Shown piece by piece: positions 29,794 through 37,824 of a stretch of DNA of 64,000 bases; positions within the stretch are counted from its first letter, which is position 1, and every line of letters starts with the position of its first letter. The DNA lies in contig JADGBR010000003.1 in the NCBI GenBank assembly GCA_015231405.1, forward strand, positions 93,549 through 157,548, given 5' to 3'. The translations under genes were made by a program, and so were the position numbers. The DNA comes from Candidatus Omnitrophota bacterium. Lineage in GTDB: Bacteria; Omnitrophota; Gorgyraeia; Tantalellales; Tantalellaceae. The notes below the pieces were generated by a model, which saw only the letters and a program-made list of their open reading frames with translations, was not told the origin of the DNA and did no database searches.

Positions 29794-30615
29794 ATGATAT
29801 TTAAATACAACATTAATTTCACAAAAGCAGTCGCGACGGGCAATGATTTTATCATTCTTGACGACAAAGACGGTAGGATCGGGAAGCGGAAGTTGGATTA
29901 TGCGGAGCTCGCCAGGGATCTTTGCAGGAGGAGCCTGTCGGTCGGGGCGGACGGGATACTGGTCCTTGAAGGCTCTAAAAAGTCCGATTTCAGGATGCGG
30001 ATATTCAATCCCGACGGGTCCGAGGCTGATATGTGCGGGAACGGCGCCAGGTGCAGCTCCATGTACGCGAGCCTGAACGGATGGGGGGATACTCTCAAGT
30101 TCGAGACCGGAGCCGGGATAATAAAAGCCGAGGTTAAAGGCGGTAATATCAAACTTAAAATGAGCGACCCGTCGGATATCAGGCTTGGGATCGCCATTGA
30201 TGTCCTGGGATGCAAACTTAAGATAAATTTCGTCAATACCGGAGTGCCTCACACTGTGGTCTTGGTCGAAGACTTGAATAGCTGCCAGGTGAAAGAGACC
30301 GGGCGCGCGATAAGGGAACATGCTTATTTTACCCCTGAGGGGACCAACGTGAATTTTGTCGAGGCCGAAGAGCGCGGGAAACACCGCGTGAGGACTTACG
30401 AGAGGGGCGTCGAGGATGAGACGCTGGCCTGCGGCACCGGGAGCGTGGCTTCGGCCATAATACTCTATCTTCGCGGGAAAGCCGTTTCGCCCGTAAAGAT
30501 GCTGACCAAAAGCGGTGAAACGCTTGTCGTCTGTTTTAGAAAGTCCGGGAAAAACCGGGTTAAAGATGTTTACCTGGAAGGTCCCGCGCAATTAGTTTAC
30601 GAAGGGAGGGTTTAG
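29794..30615 (+). CDS. dapF: diaminopimelate epimerase
   Basis: It starts MIFKYNINFTKAVATGNDFIILDD (the NDF motif). The catalytic Cys motifs are NPDGSEADMCGNGARC and GVEDETLACGTGSVA. The start is moved downstream of the MITE. Confidence 0.9.
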   Translation: MIFKYNINFTKAVATGNDFIILDDKDGRIGKRKLDYAELARDLCRRSLSVGADGILVLEGSKKSDFRMRIFNPDGSEADMCGNGARCSSMYASLNGWGDTLKFETGAGIIKAEVKGGNIKLKMSDPSDIRLGIAIDVLGCKLKINFVNTGVPHTVVLVEDLNSCQVKETGRAIREHAYFTPEGTNVNFVEAEERGKHRVRTYERGVEDETLACGTGSVASAIILYLRGKAVSPVKMLTKSGETLVVCFRKSGKNRVKDVYLEGPAQLVYEGRV

Positions 30616-30617
30616 TC

Positions 30618-31490
30618 ATGTTCAAGGGTTCATTTGTGGCGCTCGCTACGCCGTTCAAAAAGGGCAAAGTCGACGAAAAAGCGTACAGGGCGCTTATCGA
30701 GTTCCAGATAAAGAACGGCACCGACGGTATTGTGCCATGCGGTTGTACGGGCGAGGCCGCGACGCTTTCGATCGAGGAGCAGAAAAGCGTCATAAAAATA
30801 GCGCTTGAAACCATAGGTAAAAGGGCGAAGGTCGTGGCCGGTACCGGTTCGAATTGTACGCACGAGGCTATGGAACTGACGATGTTCGCTAAGAAAGCGG
30901 GTTGCGACGGTGCTCTCATCATAACCCCTTACTACAATAAGCCGACGCCTGAAGGACAGTACAGGCATTACAGGGATATAGCGGAGAAATCCCAGCTCCC
31001 GATAATGCTTTACAACGTGCCTTCGCGTACGGGACTTTGCCTTTCACCGGAAACGGTAGCTCGTTTATCCAAAGTCGAGAACATCGTCGCGATAAAGGAA
31101 GCGGCCGGCAGCGTTCAGCAGGTGATGGATATAATCTCGTTATGCGATATCACAGTAATGAGCGGGGACGACGCGATGACCCTCCCATTTATGGCGGTTG
31201 GGGCTATGGGCGTGGTAAGCGTTGTCGCTAATATCATCCCGGATAAAATACACAAGCTGACGAAAAACTATCTCGACGGAAAGATAGACTCAGCGAAGAA
31301 GGTCCATTACGAAATACTCGGACTCGTAAAGGCCATGTTCATCGAGACCAACCCGATACCTGTCAAGACGGCATTAAGCCTTATGGGCATGATCGGCGAG
31401 GAATGGCGTATGCCGCTCTGCGAGATGATGCCGGAGAACCGCGCGAAACTTCGTGATGTGCTTGTTAAGTATGGGCTTATTAGGAAGTGA
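30618..31490 (+). CDS. dapA: 4-hydroxy-tetrahydrodipicolinate synthase
   Basis: The DapA/NAL family is recognised from GSFVALATPF, GTDGIVPCGCTGEAATLS and the active-site Lys region VAIKEAAG. Confidence 0.9.
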   Translation: MFKGSFVALATPFKKGKVDEKAYRALIEFQIKNGTDGIVPCGCTGEAATLSIEEQKSVIKIALETIGKRAKVVAGTGSNCTHEAMELTMFAKKAGCDGALIITPYYNKPTPEGQYRHYRDIAEKSQLPIMLYNVPSRTGLCLSPETVARLSKVENIVAIKEAAGSVQQVMDIISLCDITVMSGDDAMTLPFMAVGAMGVVSVVANIIPDKIHKLTKNYLDGKIDSAKKVHYEILGLVKAMFIETNPIPVKTALSLMGMIGEEWRMPLCEMMPENRAKLRDVLVKYGLIRK

Positions 31491-31514
31491 AGAGTAAGAC
31501 CGGATTAAGAGAGC

Positions 31515-31607
31515 AATACTTCGTCATTGCGAGGAGCGACCGAAGGGAGAGACGAAGCAATCCAAATAGATTGCTTCGTTGGCCTTTGGCCTCCTCGCAA
31601 TGACGGG
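31515..31607. repeat. core-only variant of the MITE-like element (double palindrome without TIRs)
   Basis: As read: cttcgtcattgcgaggagcgaccgaagggagagacgaagcaatcc..gattgcttcgttggcctttggcctcctcgcaatgacggg. It sits between dapA and dapB. Confidence 0.7.
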
Positions 31608-31622
31608 AAATGGAGGTTGTAT

Positions 31623-32366
31623 ATGATCCGACTCGGAATATGCGGCGCATGCGGTAAGATGGGAAAGATGATAGCCAACCTCGCCGCTAAAGATAAGGAA
31701 TTCAGGATAGTTACGGCCCTCGAAAGGGAAGGCCATGAGTTGGCGGGGAAGGACTTGAAAACGGCGATCGGAATAGATGCCCCGGGGGTAAAGGTAACAA
31801 CGGACCTTAACGCCGCGTTCACGGGGATAGACTGTATGATAGATTTTACTCTGCCGGAGCCCACTCTTACGCATCTTAAAGCCGCGGTCAGTCACAAAGT
31901 CGCTATGGTCATAGGTACCACCGGGCTTAAGGCCGAGGATGAAAAACTCATTTCCGAAGCGGCTAAGACCATCCCGATAATATTTTCGCCGAACATGGCC
32001 CCGGGGGTTCACCTGCTTTTCAATATCGTCGCCGCCGCGGCAAAGGCCCTCGGTAAGGATTTCTCGATATCGGTTGACGAGACGCATCACGTGCATAAGA
32101 AAGACTCACCGAGCGGTACGGCCAAAATGATAGCGAAGGTGATAAAGGAAGCCTCGGGTAAGGACGTTCCGGTAGAGGCTTTCCGTGAAGGCGAAGTCGT
32201 GGGAAATCACGGTATAATCTTTAAAAGCGAATTCGAGACCCTCGAAATAAGGCATGACGCCAAGACGCGCGAAGTTTTCGCCGCGGGGTCGTTAAAGGCC
32301 GCAAAGTTCCTGGCGGGGAAGCCCGCGGGGTTGTATCGTATGGCGGACGCGTTAGGTCTTTCGTAA
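31623..32366 (+). CDS. dapB: 4-hydroxy-tetrahydrodipicolinate reductase
   Basis: It starts MIRLGICGACGKMGKMI (NAD(P)-binding). The E.HHxxKxDxPSGTA motif is DETHHVHKKDSPSGTA. The RBS is ggagg. The start is moved out of the repeat. Confidence 0.88.
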   Translation: MIRLGICGACGKMGKMIANLAAKDKEFRIVTALEREGHELAGKDLKTAIGIDAPGVKVTTDLNAAFTGIDCMIDFTLPEPTLTHLKAAVSHKVAMVIGTTGLKAEDEKLISEAAKTIPIIFSPNMAPGVHLLFNIVAAAAKALGKDFSISVDETHHVHKKDSPSGTAKMIAKVIKEASGKDVPVEAFREGEVVGNHGIIFKSEFETLEIRHDAKTREVFAAGSLKAAKFLAGKPAGLYRMADALGLS

Positions 32367-32367
32367 T

Positions 32368-32452
32368 GTTCAACGTAGGGGCGGCCCTTGCATGTCCTCC
32401 GAAGCCGGATAATATCTATTGATTCGGCGAAGGAGGATGGCCGCCCTAAATA
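32368..32452. repeat. intergenic palindromic element gttcaacgtaggggcggcccttgca ... ggatggccgccctaaata with nested hairpins
   Basis: Read directly after the dapB stop. Confidence 0.7.
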
Positions 32453-32510
32453 AGGCGTTTCGTTGGATTGGGAACGCCATGCGTAATACGGTATATAAAA
32501 AAGGAGCCGA

Positions 32511-33680
32511 ATGAATATCGAGTTTTCCGAGAGATTGAAACAACTTCCGCCGTATCTATTCGGCGAGATTGATAAGGCTAAGAAGAAAGCCATGGACGAG
32601 GGGCGGCCCGTGATCGACCTGGGCGTGGGCGACCCGGATACTCCGACGCCGGATATTATCGTGAAAAAATTGCAGGAGGCTTCGACCGACCCTTCGACGC
32701 ACAAATACGCGCTAAATAAAGGGCTAAGATCTCTCAGGGTCGCTATGGCCGAATGGTACAAGAAGAGGTTCGGTGTTATTCTTGACCCGGATACGGAGAT
32801 CCTCCCTTTAATGGGTTCGAAGGACGGGATAGCCCATATACCGATGGCTTTCGTTAATCCCGGTGACGCGGTCCTCGCTTCAAACCCCGGCTACCCGCCA
32901 TATATCTCGGGTGCGATATTCGCCGGAGGAGAAGCGCATATGCTGCCGCTATTAAAAGAGAACAGTTTTATCCCTGACCTCGACCGCGTCGATAAGAGCG
33001 TGGCGAAGCGCTCGAAGCTCATGCACATCAATTATCCCAACAATCCGACCGGTGCCGTATGCGGCAAGGATTTTTACGCTAGGACGGTCGAGTTCGCCCA
33101 AAAGAACGGCACTATCGTCTGTTCGGACGCGGCTTATACGGAACTTTCTTACGACGGCTATAACCCTCCGAGTTTTCTCGAGGTCCCGGGGGCCAAAGAG
33201 GTGGGCATAGAGTTCCACTCGCTTTCCAAGACTTTCAATATGACCGGATGGCGCGTGGGCATGGCCGTTGGCAACGCTAAAGTGCTGGAAGGGCTGGGAA
33301 ACGTTAAATCGAATATAGACTCCGGTATTTTTACGGCGGTGCAGGTAGCGTCCATAGAGGCCCTCAAGAACTCAGAGAGCATAAAGGCCCGGATGAATAA
33401 GGTATATACCGAAAGGCGCGACACGTTGGTCGACGGGTTGAACAGGATAGGCTGGATAGTGGATAAACCTAAAGCCGCGTTCTACGTATGGGCGCCTGTC
33501 TTCGGGAAATATGATTCCGCCGCGCTCGCCAAGGCGATGCTGGAAAAAGCCGATCTCATAATCACTCCCGGGAACGGTTTTGGAAAATACGGTGAAGGCT
33601 ATGTCCGTTTCGCGCTTACCGTAGGCGTGGATAAGCTCAAGGAAGCGGTCGAACGGATAAGGCGCAGTTTTTTTGTATAG
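32511..33680 (+). CDS. dapL: LL-diaminopimelate aminotransferase-type class I PLP aminotransferase
   Basis: N-terminal RLKQLPPYLFGEIDKAKKKAMDEGRPVIDLGVGDPDTPTP. The PLP lysine region is SLSKTFNMTGWRVG. The call fits its position within a lysA-dapF-dapA-dapB run and the absence of dapD/dapC/dapE here. Confidence 0.75.
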   Translation: MNIEFSERLKQLPPYLFGEIDKAKKKAMDEGRPVIDLGVGDPDTPTPDIIVKKLQEASTDPSTHKYALNKGLRSLRVAMAEWYKKRFGVILDPDTEILPLMGSKDGIAHIPMAFVNPGDAVLASNPGYPPYISGAIFAGGEAHMLPLLKENSFIPDLDRVDKSVAKRSKLMHINYPNNPTGAVCGKDFYARTVEFAQKNGTIVCSDAAYTELSYDGYNPPSFLEVPGAKEVGIEFHSLSKTFNMTGWRVGMAVGNAKVLEGLGNVKSNIDSGIFTAVQVASIEALKNSESIKARMNKVYTERRDTLVDGLNRIGWIVDKPKAAFYVWAPVFGKYDSAALAKAMLEKADLIITPGNGFGKYGEGYVRFALTVGVDKLKEAVERIRRSFFV

Positions 33681-33685
33681 AGGTT

Positions 33686-33756
33686 CCGTGGGACGTGGGA
33701 CGTAGGACGTGGGACGAAAAGTTAACGTCCTACGTCCTACATCCCGTGTCCTACGG
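33686..33756. repeat. palindromic heptamer-repeat hairpin (gtgggac/gtaggac units mirrored around aaaagttaa)
   Basis: As read: ccgtgggacgtgggacgtaggacgtgggacgaaaagttaacgtcctacgtcctacatcccgtgtcctacgg. Confidence 0.85.
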
Positions 33757-33758
33757 TA

Positions 33759-34274
33759 ATGAATATGTCAAAAGTCTACTTATCGATAGGTTCGAACATC
33801 GGCGACAGGTACGAGAACTGTAACGAGGCGGTGCGCCTCGTAGGAGGGACCCAGGGGATAGAGATACAGAGAGTATCCTCTTTATACCTGACGAAGCCCG
33901 TGGGAGGTCCCCCGAACCAGCGGGAGTACATGAACGGTGTCGTAGAGATGGAAACCGTTCTTCTCCCCGAAGCGTGCCTTGACGTTCTCAAGGATATAGA
34001 GAAACAAATGGGCCGAACCCCAGCCGAAAAAGACCATCCGCGTATCATTGATATAGATATCTTATTCTATGACTCCCTGGTCATGGAAGAACCCGACCTC
34101 ATTATCCCGCATCCCGGAGCCCATACAAGGGAATTCGTTCTCAGGGGATTGAACGAGCTGGCTCCCGATATGGTTCACCCTTATATGGGAGCGACGATGG
34201 CGGAGTTATACGCTAGTGTCAAGGGAGAGAGTGAAGTGGGGAGTAGGCGGAGTAACGTGGGACGTACGACGTAG
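33759..34274 (+). CDS. folK: 2-amino-4-hydroxy-6-hydroxymethyldihydropteridine pyrophosphokinase
   Basis: HPPK motifs: VYLSIGSNIGDR, GPPNQREYMNGVVEMET, RIIDIDILFYD, PHPGAHTREFVL. The C-terminal codons run into the heptamer repeat. Confidence 0.88.
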   Translation: MNMSKVYLSIGSNIGDRYENCNEAVRLVGGTQGIEIQRVSSLYLTKPVGGPPNQREYMNGVVEMETVLLPEACLDVLKDIEKQMGRTPAEKDHPRIIDIDILFYDSLVMEEPDLIIPHPGAHTREFVLRGLNELAPDMVHPYMGATMAELYASVKGESEVGSRRSNVGRTT

Positions 34275-34307
34275 GACGTAGGACGTAGGACGTGGGACGT
34301 CCTATTT
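34254..34307 (+). repeat. tandem heptamer array (gtgggac/gtacgac/gtaggac x6) ending in the hairpin aggacgtgggacgtcct + T tract; a terminator-like element
   Basis: Read directly. It overlaps the folK stop and precedes panC. Confidence 0.75.
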
Positions 34308-34315
34308 TAAAAGTT

Positions 34316-35161
34316 ATGATAACGATAACGACTATAAAAGACATGCGGGATTACTCGGCCGAGGTGCGGCGGAATGGGAAGACCATTGGGTTCGTTCCTA
34401 CTATGGGGTATCTTCATGAAGGGCATCTCGGCCTTGTCCGGGAGTCGGTCCTTACCAGTTTCAGGACGGTAGCTAGCATTTTCGTCAATCCCGCTCAATT
34501 CGGACCGAACGAGGACCTCGATAAATATCCGCGTAATACAGAAAAAGATAAAGAACTTCTTGAAGGTGTAAAGGCCGATGTTCTTTTTTTTCCTTCCGTC
34601 AGGGAGATGTATCCGGAAGGATACTCTACCTACGTGACGGTCGAAGGCGCTCTCACCGATACTTTATGCGGGGCTTTGAGGCCCGGCCATTTCAGGGGCG
34701 TCGCTACCGTCGTACTTAAACTTCTTAATATTGTCGATCCCGACAGGGCCTTTTTCGGTCAGAAGGACGCCCAGCAGGCTATTGTCATAAAGCGGATGGC
34801 TAAAGATCTCGATCTCCGGGCGGATATCAGGGTAATGCCGATAATCAGGGACGAGGACGGACTCGCCATGAGCTCAAGGAATGTTTATCTTTCCCCCATT
34901 GAGAGGGCGAAAGCTACGGTTATTTATAAGTCGTTATCGGCGGCCGTAGACCTTGTTAAAAAAGGCGAACGCTCGGTCCGCGAGATAAAACTGGCTATGA
35001 GCGCTATGCTTGAGGCGGAAGGGGTAAGGACTGATTATATCGCCGCTGTAGGCGCGGATGATCTCCGGCCGGTCGAAAAAATAAAAGGGAGGACCCTTAT
35101 CGCCGTCGCGGCGTGGGTCGGTTCGACGCGGCTTATTGATAACGTGATCGTTGAAAGGTAG
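34316..35161 (+). CDS. panC: pantoate--beta-alanine ligase
   Basis: The HIGH-class motif is GFVPTMGYLHEGHLGL. The motif is FGQKDAQQA. The start is at MITITTIKD. An upstream in-frame ATG at 34292 is also possible. Confidence 0.88.
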   Translation: MITITTIKDMRDYSAEVRRNGKTIGFVPTMGYLHEGHLGLVRESVLTSFRTVASIFVNPAQFGPNEDLDKYPRNTEKDKELLEGVKADVLFFPSVREMYPEGYSTYVTVEGALTDTLCGALRPGHFRGVATVVLKLLNIVDPDRAFFGQKDAQQAIVIKRMAKDLDLRADIRVMPIIRDEDGLAMSSRNVYLSPIERAKATVIYKSLSAAVDLVKKGERSVREIKLAMSAMLEAEGVRTDYIAAVGADDLRPVEKIKGRTLIAVAAWVGSTRLIDNVIVER

Positions 35162-35328
35162 TAGTTAGCGGTTGCTTGCGGTAGTTATAGAAATAGAAAT
35201 AGTAGGCGCGGACCCCCGTGTCCGCGCGTGAAAGAGATTAATCAACGAATTTATACCCCGGCACGGGGGCCGGGGTCTACTGTTTTTATTTTGTCCGACA
35301 ACCGACAACTGACGAGGAGGCATGACTG

Positions 35329-36264
35329 GTGACCGACGCGCGTTTCGATCAGAAGTACAAAGAACATCTTCAGCGTAAGATCAAGGACCTCAAGGACAAG
35401 CATGACGCGGTGATACTGGCGCATAATTACCAGCGCGACGAGGTGCAGGAGATCGCGGATATAACCGGGGACTCTTACGCCCTCGCGGTGGCGGCGACGA
35501 AAGTGAAACAGAAAGTCATAGTTTTCTGCGGGGTGTCGTTCATGGCCGAGAGCGCGGCCATCCTTAATCCCGATAAGACCGTCCTTCTCCCTGTAGCCGA
35601 GGCGGGCTGTCCGCTCGCCGAGATGATAACCGTTGAAAAACTCCGGCTTAAGAAGAACGAATATCCTGAAGCCGCCGTCGTCTGTTACGTTAACACCTCC
35701 GCTTCCGTTAAAGCGGAAAGCGACATATGCTGTACTTCGTCGAACGCGATAAAGGTGGTCAAGTCGATGAAAGAGGAGAAAATAATTTTTGTCCCGGACA
35801 AGAATCTTGGCAGATACGTGAGGGAACACGTTCCTGAAAAGGAGCTCATTCTCTGGGACGGATATTGCGTGACGCATCAGCGCCTGACCAGGGAAATGGT
35901 CGAGAAGACGAAGAAGCTCTGCCCCAACGCGCTTTTCCTCGCGCACCCGGAATGCCGTAAAGAGGTACTGGAACTCGCGGATTATACCGGGAGTACCGCT
36001 GGAATCGTCAATTATGTTAAAGATTCGAACCATAAGGAATTCATAATAGGTACGGAAAAGGGTATCATCTATAAGCTGCAGGCGGACAGCCCCGACAAAA
36101 AATTCTATCTACCCACGGATAATTTCATATGCGCGAACATGAAACTTACGACGCTCGGCTGGGTCGCGCGGTCGCTCGAACAGATGGTCTATCATGTAAC
36201 CGTCCCGGAAGATATCGCAGATAAAGCCCGTAAGGCGCTTGAGCGGATGATTGCGGTTAAGTAG
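35329..36264 (+). CDS. nadA: quinolinate synthase
   Basis: The GTG start has a strong RBS gaggagg 8 nt upstream. The NadA motifs are ILAHNYQ and the Fe-S ligands in FCGVSFMAES, YVNTSA and CVTHQ. Confidence 0.9.
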   Translation: MTDARFDQKYKEHLQRKIKDLKDKHDAVILAHNYQRDEVQEIADITGDSYALAVAATKVKQKVIVFCGVSFMAESAAILNPDKTVLLPVAEAGCPLAEMITVEKLRLKKNEYPEAAVVCYVNTSASVKAESDICCTSSNAIKVVKSMKEEKIIFVPDKNLGRYVREHVPEKELILWDGYCVTHQRLTREMVEKTKKLCPNALFLAHPECRKEVLELADYTGSTAGIVNYVKDSNHKEFIIGTEKGIIYKLQADSPDKKFYLPTDNFICANMKLTTLGWVARSLEQMVYHVTVPEDIADKARKALERMIAVK

Positions 36265-36283
36265 GAAGTGTATAGTAAGTAGT

Positions 36284-36460
36284 CAGACTGTGTAGCAATT
36301 CGAATATTAGCTTAATTCGTCATTGCGAGGAGTGAACGACGAAGGAGCGAATGACGAAGCAATCCCTGTAAAAACAATAAGTTACAGAGATTGCTTCGGG
36401 CACTTCGTGCCCTCGCAATGACGGCCAATTTGTTCAAAACTGTTATTGCGACACAGTCTG
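36284..36460 (+). mobile_element. MITE-like element, copy 3 (177 bp; TIRs cagactgtgtagcaat / attgcgacacagtctg)
   Basis: The best-preserved copy. Its 16-bp termini are perfect reverse complements apart from one mismatch. It lies between nadA and nadX. Confidence 0.85.
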
Positions 36461-36573
36461 AGTAAGGAGTAGGGAGTAAAGAGAAAATACGGGCTGTCCT
36501 TACAAACACGTCTGCAAATTTTACTGCATACTCCTTTCTGCCTACTGCATACTATTGTAAATGGGCTAAGAAT

Positions 36574-37386
36574 ATGAATAAAATAACTATCGGAATGATC
36601 GGTTGCGGGAACATCGGCGGAGCGATAGTTAAGGCCGTCAACGAGAGATTTGCCGCGAATATCCGCGAAACCGTTATCTATGACCTGGACGCCGCGAAAA
36701 TGTCCTCGATAAAAAAGAACTTTCCCACGGTAAGAGAGGCACCCGGCATAGACGAACTTATCGCTCTCTCCGACCTCGTTTTTGAGGCTGTATCCCCGGC
36801 GGTAGCTGCGTCGGTACTCGGGAAATGCGTCAGCGGGGGTAAAGACGTCATGATAATGAGCATCGGCGGCGTAATAGGGAACGAGAAACTCATCGATGAG
36901 GCCAGGAGTAAAGGTGTTAAGGTCATACTTCCGTCCGGGGCCATAGCGGGGCTTGACGCCGTTAAGGCCATGAAAATATCCGGTATAGACAGCGTTACGC
37001 TCACGACCCGTAAGCCCCCCAAGTCTCTTAAAGGCGCTAAATATCTCGAAGAGAAAGGAATCGACCCGGATTCGATAAAGAAAGAGACCGTTATCTTCGA
37101 CGGAGCGGCTCTTGAAGCCATAAAAGCCTTTCCGCAGAATATTAACGTTTCGGCCATTCTCTCTCTGGCCGGCATAGGCCCCGAAAAGACCCGTGTCCGC
37201 ATCATTTCGTCCCCGGAATATACCACAAATTCGCACGAGGTTACGGTAAAAAGTAAAGCCGGCACACTGACCGCGCTTACCGATAACGTACCCTCGCCGT
37301 CAAACCCCAAAACGAGCTACCTAGCCATATTATCCGCCATCTCCGCGATCGAGGACTACTTCTCCTCGGTCAGGCTAGGTAATTAG
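36574..37386 (+). CDS. nadX: L-aspartate dehydrogenase
   Basis: 270 aa. N-terminal Rossmann IGMIGCGNIGGAIV. The size and the motifs IMSIGG and ALAGLDA fit the NadX/Asp-DH family. Its position next to nadA fits the NadX/NadA route, since no nadB is present. Confidence 0.7.
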   Translation: MNKITIGMIGCGNIGGAIVKAVNERFAANIRETVIYDLDAAKMSSIKKNFPTVREAPGIDELIALSDLVFEAVSPAVAASVLGKCVSGGKDVMIMSIGGVIGNEKLIDEARSKGVKVILPSGAIAGLDAVKAMKISGIDSVTLTTRKPPKSLKGAKYLEEKGIDPDSIKKETVIFDGAALEAIKAFPQNINVSAILSLAGIGPEKTRVRIISSPEYTTNSHEVTVKSKAGTLTALTDNVPSPSNPKTSYLAILSAISAIEDYFSSVRLGN

Positions 37387-37448
37387 GGACGTCACCCGAT
37401 TAATTATTAATTCAACCTGGTAACATTCTGGTAACAGTAGTTACACCG

Positions 37449-37627
37449 ACAAGCTGGCCGGGACGTCTCGGCCAGGGACGTTCGGCCTGCTCCAGCGGCA
37501 GTCCTCACTCTCTGAGCTCGGTTTTACCGGAGGGATACGCACCGATAGGAACAGCGAATCCCTCCGGACCAAGCTAAAACCGAGCTCACAAGCCCTGGCC
37601 GAAACATCCCGGCCAGCTTGTTCAGCG
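37449..37627. other. about 180-nt highly structured element (candidate ncRNA, or a palindromic repeat) upstream of the giant gene
   Basis: The nested perfect helices are acaagctggccggga/tcccggccagcttgt (15 bp), cggccaggg/ccctggccg (9 bp), gagctcggtttta/taaaaccgagctc (13 bp) and ccggagggat/atccctccgg (10 bp). There is a 36-nt asymmetric internal loop and a 21-nt apical loop. The strand is undetermined. Confidence 0.35.
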
Positions 37628-37824
37628 ATAATAATACCCACAACGACCCAACTACTCGAATAAACCCCCGTTGCTCTCAGAAGTTAGGGCGAGGAGGTGC
37701 ACTTTTGTATCAAACGTTAAGACAACAAAATTCAGCATACCATCTATTGTATTTGTTAACCATATGGGTATATTTAATAAGAATGTAATTAATAACAATT
37801 GTGAAGGGAAAACTGTGCCCAATT

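Noticed and set aside
29689-30591. 300-aa minus-strand ORF opposite dapF
   Set aside because: It is antisense to dapF, which has both catalytic-Cys motifs. It also begins inside the MITE.
35162-35328. NAD+ (nadA-motif) riboswitch upstream of nadA
   Set aside because: I see only small GC hairpins (gcgcggacccccgtgtccgcgc; ccccggcacgggggccgggg + T tract), which look like the panC terminator. I cannot match the riboswitch consensus from memory with confidence.
35251-37310. Minus-strand ORFs opposite nadA and nadX (35251-36033, 36382-37236, 36678-37310)
   Set aside because: They are shadow ORFs. The two at 36382-37236 and 36678-37310 overlap each other in different frames.
37449-37627. Firm identification as 6S RNA (ssrS)
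   Set aside because: Only the overall shape fits. The helices are perfectly Watson-Crick, which is more typical of a DNA palindrome, and the strand is unknown. I keep it as a candidate, not a call.
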